Source of the DNA: Gemmatimonadaceae bacterium
GTDB lineage: Bacteria; Gemmatimonadota; Gemmatimonadetes; Gemmatimonadales; Gemmatimonadaceae
Assembly: GCA_033763905.1 (NCBI GenBank)
Contig: JANRJP010000141.1
Location: 1 to 38,431, forward strand
DNA length: 38,431 bases
Direction of reading: 5' to 3'
Below the pieces are notes generated by a model. It was not told the DNA's origin. It did not search any database and saw only the letters and a list, made by a program, of their open reading frames with translations. The position numbers were made by a program, and so were the translations under genes. Below, in pieces: positions 22,273 through 31,293 of the stretch. How positions within the stretch are numbered: position 1 is the first letter of the stretch; each line of letters begins with the position of its first letter.

Positions 22273-23760
22273 ATGCGCTTTCCCTCGTTCTCCCGCACAC
22301 TCCTCGCGACGGCCGCGCTCGCGTCTGTGGCTGCTTGCTCCGATGATGATGATGGTGTGACCCCGCCCGCGGGCACTGGCGCGGCCGTGATTTCTGGCGC
22401 GATCACCAGCGCCCGCACGCTGTCGAAGGACACTGTTTACACGCTGCGCGGCTTCGTGTACGCAGACTCCGGCGCGGTGCTCACCATTCAGGCCGGCACC
22501 AAGATCGTCGGTGATACGACGGTTCCGGGCTCGGCGCTCTTCGTGATGCCGGGCGCTCGCATCGAGGCCAATGGGACCGCCGCCGAGCCGATCGTCTTCA
22601 CGTCGGCCCGCAGCGCAGGCAACCGCAAGCCCGGTGACTGGGGCGGTCTGATCATCGTCGGTCGTGCGTCGGTCAACCGCACCGGGTCGATCATCGAAGG
22701 CTCCAACGCGTCGATCACCGGCGGCCGTCCGGCCGGTGTCGGCTATACCGGTCGCACGAACGACGCCGACAACTCCGGCACGCTCCGTTACGTGCGCGTC
22801 GAGTTCGCCGGCTTCGGTGTGGCGACGAACCAGGAGCTCAACTCGTTCACGCTGGCGGCGGTCGGCCGCGGCACGACGCTGGAATACCTCGAGGCGCTCT
22901 CGGGCCTCGACGACCACTACGAGTGGTTCGGTGGCAACGCCGACGCGCGCTTCCTCGTGTCCTACGAGTCGGGTGACGACCACTACGACGCCTCGGAAGG
23001 CTTCCGTGGCCGCGTGCAGTACCTGATCGCCTACCAGAGCGCGGTCCTGCAGCCGGCCGCCGGCACGGGCTCGGTGTCGTCCGATCCGCAGGGCTTCGAA
23101 GTCGACGGCTGCGACGGCACGGGTTGCACGGCGACCGGGACCGCCAACGCGCAGTCGTCCACGCCGTACACGATGCCGGTGTTCGCCAACTTCACCGTCA
23201 TCGGCGCTGGCACGAACTTCAACTCGACCTCGGGCAACATCGGCGCCGTGATTCGCCGCGGCACCGGTGGCGTGTGGGTGAACGGTGTGATCGGCCGCTG
23301 GTCGCGCTGGGGCGTCTCGATGCGCGACACGACGACCCAGAACCGCCTGACGGCGGACTCGCTCAACTTCCGTAACGTCTACCTCGTGGAGAGCGGCCCG
23401 TCGAACCAGCCGTACGACACGGCCTCGGCTCCCGGCTTGGCCTTCCGCAACGCCGTCACCGCGCAGAACGAAATCGCGGCCGGCACGGTGACGACGGCGA
23501 GCCTCTTCACGGCGATGCCGACGGCGCCGGCCGCCAACGCGGCGGTGTCGGGCTTCGACTGGCAGCCGGGTGCGACCTCGCCCCTGGCCGCGGGCGGATC
23601 GGGCGCGTTCACGGCCCTGACCGGCGCGAACGGCGCGCTGATCCAGAACCGCGTCACCAACTTCTTCGGCGGCACGCTGGCCGGCACGACCTTCCGCGGT
23701 GCGGCGGCCCCGGGCGGGACGAAGTGGTGGCAGGGCTGGACCTCGTACGCGCGCGACTAA
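22273..23760 (+). CDS. Surface lipoprotein of ElpS/PusB-like type (probable beta-helix), partner of the TonB receptor
   Basis: Lipobox VAAC-SDDDD; LTIQAGT, GTAAEPIVFTS, GDWGGLIIVGRA, DNSGTLRYVRVEFAG, ELNSFTLAAVG.GT, DDHYEWFGG; C-terminal W..GWT. Family assignment is recalled, not searched. Confidence 0.72.
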   Translation: MRFPSFSRTLLATAALASVAACSDDDDGVTPPAGTGAAVISGAITSARTLSKDTVYTLRGFVYADSGAVLTIQAGTKIVGDTTVPGSALFVMPGARIEANGTAAEPIVFTSARSAGNRKPGDWGGLIIVGRASVNRTGSIIEGSNASITGGRPAGVGYTGRTNDADNSGTLRYVRVEFAGFGVATNQELNSFTLAAVGRGTTLEYLEALSGLDDHYEWFGGNADARFLVSYESGDDHYDASEGFRGRVQYLIAYQSAVLQPAAGTGSVSSDPQGFEVDGCDGTGCTATGTANAQSSTPYTMPVFANFTVIGAGTNFNSTSGNIGAVIRRGTGGVWVNGVIGRWSRWGVSMRDTTTQNRLTADSLNFRNVYLVESGPSNQPYDTASAPGLAFRNAVTAQNEIAAGTVTTASLFTAMPTAPAANAAVSGFDWQPGATSPLAAGGSGAFTALTGANGALIQNRVTNFFGGTLAGTTFRGAAAPGGTKWWQGWTSYARD

Positions 23761-23787
23761 GCCCCGAAGCGTCTCGAAACCCCTAGA

Positions 23788-23832
23788 TTCAGGCGGTCGG
23801 CGTCGTACGACGCCGACCGCCTGAACGTTTTT
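23788..23832 (+). terminator. Perfect 38-bp palindrome followed by a T-tract
   Basis: TTCAGGCGGTCGGCGTCGT|ACGACGCCGACCGCCTGAA, then CGTTTTT. Confidence 0.8.
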
Positions 23833-23841
23833 GCTCCATCT

Positions 23842-24447
23842 ATGCGCCATTACTGTCGTCGTCCCGCGATCGGTGCGCTTGCGGTGCTGTTCGCCGTGGC
23901 GGCGACCGGTTGTGCCGACGAGTCGCCGCCCAAGGTGGTCGACGTACCGATCGATCGGAGCGCCGAGCTCGCGAAGTTTCGCGAGGAATCCGGCGCGTCG
24001 ACCGAACCGGCAGCGCTCGTCGGCGGCGCCGAGTCCCGCGACGCCTTGGTCCGTGACTTCGTCGCTGCCTTGGCGACATCCGATTCCGCCGCGTTTCGCC
24101 GCCTGATGATCAGCGGCGGCGAGTTCGCGTGGTTCTACTATCCGGGGCATCCGCTCGTCGCGCCCCCGTACAACATGCCGCCCGCGTTGCTGTGGATGCA
24201 GATCGTCCAACGCAGCAACAAGGGGCTCTTCCGCGCGCTCGAACGCTTCAGCGGTGCCGGACTCGAGCTCGTGCGCTGGTCCTGTGCCGACGCCCCCAAG
24301 TTCCGCTACGGTCCGTCGACCGTGTGGGAGCGCTGCACGGTGCAGCTGCGTGGCGGCCGTGCCCCCGCGGATTCGCTCCAGCTCTTCGGCGAAATTCTCG
24401 AGCGAAACGGCCGCGTGAAGTTCGTGGATTACACCAATCCCTTCTGA
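23842..24447 (+). CDS. Hypothetical lipoprotein
   Basis: Signal peptide ending ATGC, coding-like codon pattern, fills the gap before pstS. Confidence 0.75.
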   Translation: MRHYCRRPAIGALAVLFAVAATGCADESPPKVVDVPIDRSAELAKFREESGASTEPAALVGGAESRDALVRDFVAALATSDSAAFRRLMISGGEFAWFYYPGHPLVAPPYNMPPALLWMQIVQRSNKGLFRALERFSGAGLELVRWSCADAPKFRYGPSTVWERCTVQLRGGRAPADSLQLFGEILERNGRVKFVDYTNPF

Positions 24448-24475
24448 CGTGCTGCGATTCCTCTCCGTGTGGTCG

Positions 24476-25540
24476 ATGCGTCGCGCGACGCTGCTAGGTG
24501 TCACGCTTGGCCTCGCCGCCTGCGGTGGCGACCCGCCGGCCACACCGGAACGCAACGCCAACGGCCGTACCGGGTCGGTGGACCTCACGGGCGCCGGCGC
24601 CACGTTCCCATATCCGCTCTACTCGCGCTGGTTCTCGGAGTACGCCGTGAAGACCGGCGTGAAGATCAACTACCAATCCATCGGGTCTGGCGGCGGCATT
24701 CGGCAACTGCGTGAAGGCGTGGTGGATTTCGGGGCGTCCGAGGCCCCGCTCACCGACGCCGAAATCGCGCAGATTCCGCGCGGGCGCGTGCTGCAAGTAC
24801 CTGCCGTCGTTGGCGGCGTGGTGCTGGTGTACAACGTCCCGGGCCTCACCGCCGAGCTCAAGCTCACCGCGGATGTGGTGGCAGACATCTTCCTCGGCCG
24901 CATCACGAAGTGGAACGATCCGCGGCTCGCGGAGCTGAATGCCGGCGTCTCGCTGCCGCCGGATGAGATCGTCGTGGTGTATCGCGCGGACGGCAGCGGG
25001 ACGACGTATGTCTTCACCGATTGGTTGACCCGCGTGAGCGCGGCGTGGGCCGGCGGCCCCGGACACGGCAAGGACGTGCGGTGGCCGGTCGGGCTGGGAG
25101 CCAAGGGCAACGAAGGCGTGGCGGGTCAGGTGAAGACGACGCCCAACACGATCGGCTTCGTCGAACTGGCCTACGCCACCCAGAACCGCCTCCCGTCGGC
25201 GGCCTTGCGCAACCGCGCGGGCTTCTTCGTGGCGCCCACGGTGAACGCGCTCGCGGCGGCGGCCGCAGGGGTCGAGAACCGCTTGCCGGGCCCAAATGAC
25301 TTCCGGGTGTCGCTCGTCGACACGCCGGTCGGTGATGCCTACCCCCTCGCATCGTTCTCGTGGCTGCTGCTGTACCAGGCACAGTCCGACGACGCCAAGG
25401 GGCGCAAGTTGGTGGACTTCATCCGATGGGCCGTGCGAACGGGACAGGGCTCGGCGCGGGCACTCGATTACGCCCCGCTCCCCCCAGCACTCGTCACGCG
25501 CATTCTCGCGACCCTCGATGGGGTTTCGATCGGCCAGTGA
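24476..25540 (+). CDS. pstS: Phosphate ABC transporter substrate-binding lipoprotein
   Basis: LAAC; GAGATFPYPLY, YQSIGSGGG, RADGSGTT, GAKGNEGV. Confidence 0.96.
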   Translation: MRRATLLGVTLGLAACGGDPPATPERNANGRTGSVDLTGAGATFPYPLYSRWFSEYAVKTGVKINYQSIGSGGGIRQLREGVVDFGASEAPLTDAEIAQIPRGRVLQVPAVVGGVVLVYNVPGLTAELKLTADVVADIFLGRITKWNDPRLAELNAGVSLPPDEIVVVYRADGSGTTYVFTDWLTRVSAAWAGGPGHGKDVRWPVGLGAKGNEGVAGQVKTTPNTIGFVELAYATQNRLPSAALRNRAGFFVAPTVNALAAAAAGVENRLPGPNDFRVSLVDTPVGDAYPLASFSWLLLYQAQSDDAKGRKLVDFIRWAVRTGQGSARALDYAPLPPALVTRILATLDGVSIGQ

Positions 25541-26466
25541 CCGGGCTCGGCGATAGAGTCTGGCGTGGGACGACGACGCTCGCGGCGCTGGCCATCCCGG
25601 CATCGCTCGGCGTGATCTCCGTCGTGCTCCTCGTCGGCGCCTGGCCGACGCTGCGGGAGACGGGACTCGCGTTGGTACTTGACCGCTCGTGGGAGCCCCG
25701 CTCGGGTGCCTTCGGCGTCGCCGCTGCGTTGGTGGGGACCTTGGAGACCTCGTTGTTGGCCGTTCTTATTGCCGCTCCGCTCGGCATCGGGACCGCCCTG
25801 TACACGGTGGAGTTCGCGCCGACCGGCGTCTCCCGTGTGCTGGCCACGATCTGCGACATTCTGGCCGCGATCCCATCGGTGGTGTACGGGTTGTGGGGCG
25901 CGGCCATTCTGGTGCCGCTGGTGCGTACCGTCGTGGCGCCCGCGTTGCAGGCGGTGGGTGGCCGCACGCCATTTTTCGCGGGTCCGTCGTACGGAGCGGG
26001 CATCCTCACCGCCGCATTGTTGCTGGCGCTGATGATTCTCCCCTTCGTGACCGCGGTGTCGCGGGAAGTCATCGCCGCCGTCCCGGTCGCGCAACGGGAG
26101 GCCGCGCTCGCCCTGGGGGCGACGCGATGGGAGATGCTGCGTGATGCGGTGCTTCCCGCCGCCAAGACCGGCATCGCCGGCGGCATCGCCCTCGCACTCG
26201 GCCGTGCGCTCGGCGAGACGATGGCCGTGACGATGGTCATCGGCAACCGGCACGAGTTGTCGTGGTCGCTGCTTGCGCCGGGCTACACGCTCGCGTCGCT
26301 GCTCGCCAACGAGTTCGGTGAGGCGGCCAGTGATGCGCATTTGTCGGCCCTGATGGCCGTGGCGCTGCTGCTGCTGCTGCTCGTGACGCTCGCGGTGAAT
26401 GCCATCGCGCGACGGCTCGTGCGCACCGTGCGTGCCGGCCTCGCGGCAGTCGAGGTCACGCGATGA
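25537..26466 (+). CDS. pstC: Phosphate ABC transporter permease
   Basis: LAAIPSVVYGLWG, EAALALGATRWE, LGRALGETMAV. The GTG overlaps the pstS stop. Confidence 0.95.
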   Translation: MTGLGDRVWRGTTTLAALAIPASLGVISVVLLVGAWPTLRETGLALVLDRSWEPRSGAFGVAAALVGTLETSLLAVLIAAPLGIGTALYTVEFAPTGVSRVLATICDILAAIPSVVYGLWGAAILVPLVRTVVAPALQAVGGRTPFFAGPSYGAGILTAALLLALMILPFVTAVSREVIAAVPVAQREAALALGATRWEMLRDAVLPAAKTGIAGGIALALGRALGETMAVTMVIGNRHELSWSLLAPGYTLASLLANEFGEAASDAHLSALMAVALLLLLLVTLAVNAIARRLVRTVRAGLAAVEVTR

Positions 26467-27380
26467 CGACGGACGAGGCGCGGACGACCACGCGCCCCAG
26501 CGCCGCCTGGCGTGCGCAGGCCGACGTGCGCACGGCGGCGTCGCTGGCGGGCCGGCGACGTCGAGACGCGCTGATGCGCATCGCGATCGCGCTCTCGGCC
26601 GCCTTGGCCCTGATCCCATTGGTGCTCATTCTCGGTTATCTGCTGGTCCGTGGCCTCGGCGGCTTGTCGCTCGCGCTGCTGACCGCGCTCCCGAAGCCGG
26701 TCGGCGAGCCCGGCGGTGGCATTGCGAATGCGATCGCCGGCAGCCTGCTGCTGCTGGGCATCGCAGCGGTCTGCGGTATCCCGGTCGGCTTGCTCGCCGG
26801 GACCTACCTCGCCGAGCGGCCGAACGGTCGGCTCGCCGCCGTGGTCCGCTTCGTCGCCGACGTGCTGAACGGCACACCGAGCATCGTGGTGGGCATCGCG
26901 GTGTGGGCGGCGGTGGTGCGACCGATGCAGCGATTCTCGGCGCTCGCTGGCGGCGTCGCGCTCGCGGTGATCCTCGCGCCGCTCGTGGCGCGAACCACCG
27001 AGCAGATGCTGCGGCTCGTGCCGCCCACAGTGCGCGAGGCGGCGCTCGCGCTCGGCTTCACCGAGTGGCGCACGGCGCTGCGCGTTATCGCGCCCGCCGC
27101 CGGACCCGGGATTGCCACCGGACTGCTCGTCGCGCTGTCGCGCGTGGCGGGCGAGACGGCGCCCTTGCTGTTCACCGCCTTCGGCAACCCGTACTGGTCG
27201 GTGTCGCCCTCGGAGCCGATCGCGGCGGTGCCGTTGCAGATCTACACGTATGCCCTCTCACCGTACGATGAGTGGCGCGCGCAGGCGTGGGCGGCGGCAC
27301 TCGGGCTGGTCGGTGTCGTCGCGGTGCTGACGATCGCGGCCCGCGCGGTGGCGCGACGGCCGCGCGTGCGGACACGGTAG
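26463..27380 (+). CDS. pstA: Phosphate ABC transporter permease
   Basis: GGIANAIAGS, LNGTPSIVVG, REAALALG, RVAGETAPLLFT. Confidence 0.95.
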   Translation: MTTDEARTTTRPSAAWRAQADVRTAASLAGRRRRDALMRIAIALSAALALIPLVLILGYLLVRGLGGLSLALLTALPKPVGEPGGGIANAIAGSLLLLGIAAVCGIPVGLLAGTYLAERPNGRLAAVVRFVADVLNGTPSIVVGIAVWAAVVRPMQRFSALAGGVALAVILAPLVARTTEQMLRLVPPTVREAALALGFTEWRTALRVIAPAAGPGIATGLLVALSRVAGETAPLLFTAFGNPYWSVSPSEPIAAVPLQIYTYALSPYDEWRAQAWAAALGLVGVVAVLTIAARAVARRPRVRTR

Positions 27381-27385
27381 TCGCG

Positions 27386-28150
27386 ATGCCCAGCGTCCTT
27401 GAGGCCATCGCTGTGTCGGCTCGCTTCGGCGCGACGGCGGTCGTGCACGACGTGAGCCTCCGATTCGGCGCCGGCACCACCACCGCGATCGTGGGGCCGA
27501 GCGGCTGTGGCAAGTCGACGCTGTTGCGCTGTCTCAACCGAATGCACGAAACCGTCGAGGGCGCCTCGATGACCGGGGACGTGCAACTCGACGGGGAATC
27601 GGTGTACCGCGGCCGGCTCTCACCGCTGCAGGTGCGTCGACGCGTCGCGATGGTGCTCCAGGAGCCGTCCCCGTTCCCGACGATGTCGATTCGAGACAAC
27701 GTGGCGGCGGGGCTCGCCGGGCGCGCGGGCAAGCGGCCGCGCGGCGCCGAAGCGGACACGGTCGTGGAGCAGGCGCTGATTCGTGCCGCGCTCTGGCACG
27801 AGGTGCGCGATCGTCTGGGGGATTCCCCGCTGACGCTCTCGGGGGGGCAGCAGCAACGCCTGTGCATCGCCCGCGCCCTGGCGACGGGCGCCCGCGTGCT
27901 GCTCCTCGACGAACCCACGGCCGCGCTGGACCCGCGCAGCGCGCAGGCGATCGAGGAACTGCTGTACGAGCTTCGGCGCGAAATGACGATCGTGCTCGTG
28001 ACCCACAACCTGCAACAGGCGGCACGGGCGTCGACGCATACGGCCTTTCTGCTTGCCGGTCGGCTTGTCGAGTGTGCGGAGACGGATGCCTTCTTCACGC
28101 GGCCGAGTGACCCGCGCACCGAAGCCTACGTGACGGGGCGCGCGCCGTGA
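27386..28150 (+). CDS. pstB: Phosphate ABC transporter ATPase (copy 1)
   Basis: GPSGCGKSTLLRCLNRM, LSGGQQQRLCIARA, LLDEP, VTHNLQQAAR, TEAYVTGR. Confidence 0.92.
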   Translation: MPSVLEAIAVSARFGATAVVHDVSLRFGAGTTTAIVGPSGCGKSTLLRCLNRMHETVEGASMTGDVQLDGESVYRGRLSPLQVRRRVAMVLQEPSPFPTMSIRDNVAAGLAGRAGKRPRGAEADTVVEQALIRAALWHEVRDRLGDSPLTLSGGQQQRLCIARALATGARVLLLDEPTAALDPRSAQAIEELLYELRREMTIVLVTHNLQQAARASTHTAFLLAGRLVECAETDAFFTRPSDPRTEAYVTGRAP

Positions 28151-28908
28151 CGGGCCGCGGTCAGGTCGAATGGCGTGACGTGACGGTGTCCTTCGGCGAC
28201 CGCGAGGCACTGCGCGGCCTGTCGTTGGCCGTGCCGCCGAGTGCGGTCACGGCCGTGGTCGGCCCCAGCGGGTGCGGAAAGACCACCCTGCTCCGGACGC
28301 TCAATCGCTTGGCCGAGAACACCCCCGGCTTTGCGATCACGGGTGAGGTTCGGCTATCGGGCGACGAGATCTACGACGGCGCCACCGACGTCGCGGCGCT
28401 GCGTCGGCGCGTCGGGATGGTCTTCCAGCGCTGGAATCCATTGCCGACGACAGTGTTCGAGAATGTCGCCTACGGCCCGCGGCTTGCGGGGGTCACACAG
28501 CGCAGCGAGCTGTCGGCGCTGGTGGAGAGCGCGCTCCGGCGCTGTGCGCTGTGGGACGAGGTGAAGGACCGCCTGAACGCCCCGCCCGGCACCCTCTCCG
28601 GGGGGCAGCAGCAGCGGCTGTGCCTGGCCCGGGCGCTGGCAAACGCCCCCGAGGTGCTGTTGCTGGACGAGCCCTGCTCCGCGCTCGACCCGGGCGCGAC
28701 GCGGCGGATCGAGGAACTGCTCTTTGAACTTCGGCAGGACCTCACCATCATTCTGGTAACGCACAATCTGCAACAGGCCGCCCGGGCATCGGACTTCACG
28801 GCGTACGTGGAGGCGGGTCGGCTGATCGAGCTCGCTCCGACGCAAATGCTGTTCACGAACCCGCGGGATCCGCGAACCGAGGCCTACTTGACCGGACGCA
28901 CGCTGTGA
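28147..28908 (+). CDS. pstB: Phosphate ABC transporter ATPase (copy 2)
   Basis: GPSGCGKTT, LRRRVGMVFQ..NP, LSGGQQQRLC, DEPCSALDP, TEAYLTGR. Confidence 0.93.
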   Translation: MTGRGQVEWRDVTVSFGDREALRGLSLAVPPSAVTAVVGPSGCGKTTLLRTLNRLAENTPGFAITGEVRLSGDEIYDGATDVAALRRRVGMVFQRWNPLPTTVFENVAYGPRLAGVTQRSELSALVESALRRCALWDEVKDRLNAPPGTLSGGQQQRLCLARALANAPEVLLLDEPCSALDPGATRRIEELLFELRQDLTIILVTHNLQQAARASDFTAYVEAGRLIELAPTQMLFTNPRDPRTEAYLTGRTL

Positions 28909-29627
28909 CGACGGGAGAGCTCGCGATTGGCCTCCGGCACTTTCACGACAAGCTGGCGACGCTCAAGCAGCGCCTGCTCGATATGAGCGAGCGTGCCGAG
29001 GCGCTGATCGATCTCGCGGTCGAATCGATGATGGCGCGGGATGCGGCCAAGGCCGAGCTGGTGATTGCCGGTGACAGCGAGCTCGACCGGCTCGAGCTCG
29101 AGACCGAGGCATTGGCGATTTCGCTTCTGGCCACCCAGCAGCCGCTGGCGCGCGACCTGCGCTTCATCGTCTCGGCGATCAAGGTGTCCAGCGATCTCGA
29201 GCGCGTCGGCGATCACGCGGTTAACATCGCCCAGAGCACGCTCCGCACCCGCTCCGCCCCACTGGCGGTCACGCCGGGGCCCGAACTGCGCGATATGGCG
29301 CAGCGGGCGCGCGGGATGCTGGCGCGCGCGCTCGACGCCTTCGTCCGCGAAGACGGCGCGCTCGGCCGCGCCGTCTGCCGCGACGACGACGCCGTCGACG
29401 CGTTGCACGATTCGGTGTTCCGCATTCTGCTGACGCATATGATGGCCGAGCCGCGCACGATCAACGCCTCCCTCGAACTGATGCTCGTCAGCCGAAATCT
29501 CGAGCGCGTCGCCGACCTCGCGACCAACATCGGCGAAGATGCCGTGTACCTCGCCGAAGGCACGTCGATCAAGCATCGCTTCGAAGAGACGCACGATCGG
29601 CCGTCGACCGACGGTGGCTCCGCGTGA
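28905..29627 (+). CDS. phoU: Phosphate signalling protein PhoU
   Basis: QQPLARDLR, DLERVGDHA.NIA, DDAVD, LERVADLATNI.E. Confidence 0.96.
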   Translation: MTTGELAIGLRHFHDKLATLKQRLLDMSERAEALIDLAVESMMARDAAKAELVIAGDSELDRLELETEALAISLLATQQPLARDLRFIVSAIKVSSDLERVGDHAVNIAQSTLRTRSAPLAVTPGPELRDMAQRARGMLARALDAFVREDGALGRAVCRDDDAVDALHDSVFRILLTHMMAEPRTINASLELMLVSRNLERVADLATNIGEDAVYLAEGTSIKHRFEETHDRPSTDGGSA

Positions 29628-31240
29628 GCGCGCCGGCCGGCCGCGAACTGCGCCTGACGCGCGACGAGCCCGCGCAGCGGATCGCCGCGATCGACATCGG
29701 CTCGAACTCGATCCGCCTGATGATCGCGGATGTGTCGCCGAATGGCGCGATCCGCGTAATGGACGAGCTCAAGGCCCATCCGCGGCTCGCCACCGGCCTC
29801 TTGCAGACGGGTCGGCTCGACGAATCGTCGATGACGCAGGCGATCGATGCGATGACCCGCATGGCCGCCCTGGCGCGACAGCAGGGCTGCCGACGCATCG
29901 AGGCGGTCGCGACGAGCGCGGTGCGCGACGCCGCGAACGGTCGCGAGTTTCTGGAGCGGGTGCGTCGGCAGACCGGCCTTCGGCCGCGCGTGCTTTCAGG
30001 GTCCGAGGAGGCACGACTCGCCTTCCTCAGCGCGCTCGCGCACTTCGATTTGGGCACCGGCCGCGCGGTCGTGATGGACATCGGCGGCGGATCGTTGGAA
30101 CTCGCCCTCGCAGCCGATGGCGTGGTGGAGCGGCTGGTCTCGCTTCCCTACGGCGCCATCCGACTCACCGAAGAGCATATGGCCAAGGGGATCACCCCCA
30201 AGCGGCTCCGCAAGATGCGCAAGGCCATTCGTGACGAGATCCGCGCCGTGTTGCCGGTGCGCGACTGGCGGGGCGCCCAGGTGATCGGCTCCGGCGGCAC
30301 CTTCACGAACCTCGCCGGCATGCTGCTGCATCGGCAGGGCGTCACCACGTTCCGCGGCGTGCACGGCACGACCGTGCCGCGTGAGGATCTCGAACACATT
30401 CTCGAGTTGCTGAGCGGGATGCCCTCGCACGAGCGGGTGGCGATGCCGGGCCTGAACGCCGGTCGAGCCGACATCATCGTGGCTGGCCTGGCCGTGGCCG
30501 CCGAAGTGCTCGCGAGGGTCGAGCCACGGGCGCTCACCGTGTCCGCCTATGGGATTCGCGAAGGTCTGCTGCTCGACGTCGCCAAGGTCCGACCCATCGT
30601 GCAAGACCCCGGCGAAGCGCGGTTCCGCTCGGTGAGCGAGCTGGCGGTGAAGTGCCGCTACGAGGCGCCGCACGCCCATCAGGTCCAGCGGCTCGCGCTC
30701 CAGCTCTACGATGCGCTCGGCGCGCGGCTCGGCTGTGAGCCCGGCGATCGGGCGATCCTCGCGGACGCGGCCCTGCTGCACGATATCGGGTACCACATCA
30801 ACTACTCTCGGCACCACAAGCACTCGTACCATCTGATCTTGCACGCCGAGCTGCTCGGGATGACGCCGGCCGATCAGGTGGCCGTGGCGCACGTGGCGCG
30901 CTACCACCGTGGCGCACTGCCGAAGCGCACGCACCCCGAGTTTGCGTTGTTGCCGCCGGCGCAGCGCAAGCGCGTGCGTCGTCTCGCGGCCCTGCTTCGT
31001 GTGGCCGATGGCCTGGATCGCGGGCACGTGCAATCCGTCCAGCAGGTGAAAGTGCGGGTGCTCGATCGCGCGATTCGATTGACGCCGGTGCCGATGCCCG
31101 GGGCGTCGCCGCGACTCGACCTCTGGGGGGCGGCCCGGAAGAGCGATCTCCTCGCGCTGTTGTTCGATCGGCCGGTGGAGATCGTGGGTCCCGACGGCAA
31201 AGTCGTCAGCCACGACGAAACCGTCACGGACGCCGACTAG
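29624..31240 (+). CDS. ppx: Exopolyphosphatase / pppGpp phosphohydrolase (Ppx/GppA) with HD domain
   Basis: IDIGSNSIRL, ATSAVRDA.N, EEA, DIGGGSLE, GSGGT, GIREG, LLHDIG..HHKHS. Confidence 0.93.
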   Translation: MSAPAGRELRLTRDEPAQRIAAIDIGSNSIRLMIADVSPNGAIRVMDELKAHPRLATGLLQTGRLDESSMTQAIDAMTRMAALARQQGCRRIEAVATSAVRDAANGREFLERVRRQTGLRPRVLSGSEEARLAFLSALAHFDLGTGRAVVMDIGGGSLELALAADGVVERLVSLPYGAIRLTEEHMAKGITPKRLRKMRKAIRDEIRAVLPVRDWRGAQVIGSGGTFTNLAGMLLHRQGVTTFRGVHGTTVPREDLEHILELLSGMPSHERVAMPGLNAGRADIIVAGLAVAAEVLARVEPRALTVSAYGIREGLLLDVAKVRPIVQDPGEARFRSVSELAVKCRYEAPHAHQVQRLALQLYDALGARLGCEPGDRAILADAALLHDIGYHINYSRHHKHSYHLILHAELLGMTPADQVAVAHVARYHRGALPKRTHPEFALLPPAQRKRVRRLAALLRVADGLDRGHVQSVQQVKVRVLDRAIRLTPVPMPGASPRLDLWGAARKSDLLALLFDRPVEIVGPDGKVVSHDETVTDAD

Positions 31241-31254
31241 TCACTGCGAGACAG

Positions 31255-31282
31255 GCCGCCGCCGCGCCGTGCGAGCGGCGGT
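31255..31282. terminator. GC hairpin between the convergent ppx and ppk1 genes
   Basis: CCGCCGC...GCGGCGG stem with no U-tract. Confidence 0.35.
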
Positions 31283-31293
31283 GGGCGCCAGGG

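Noticed and set aside
26365..26379. (CTG)5 repeat in pstC
   Set aside because: In-frame poly-Leu in a TM helix; no sign of phase variation.
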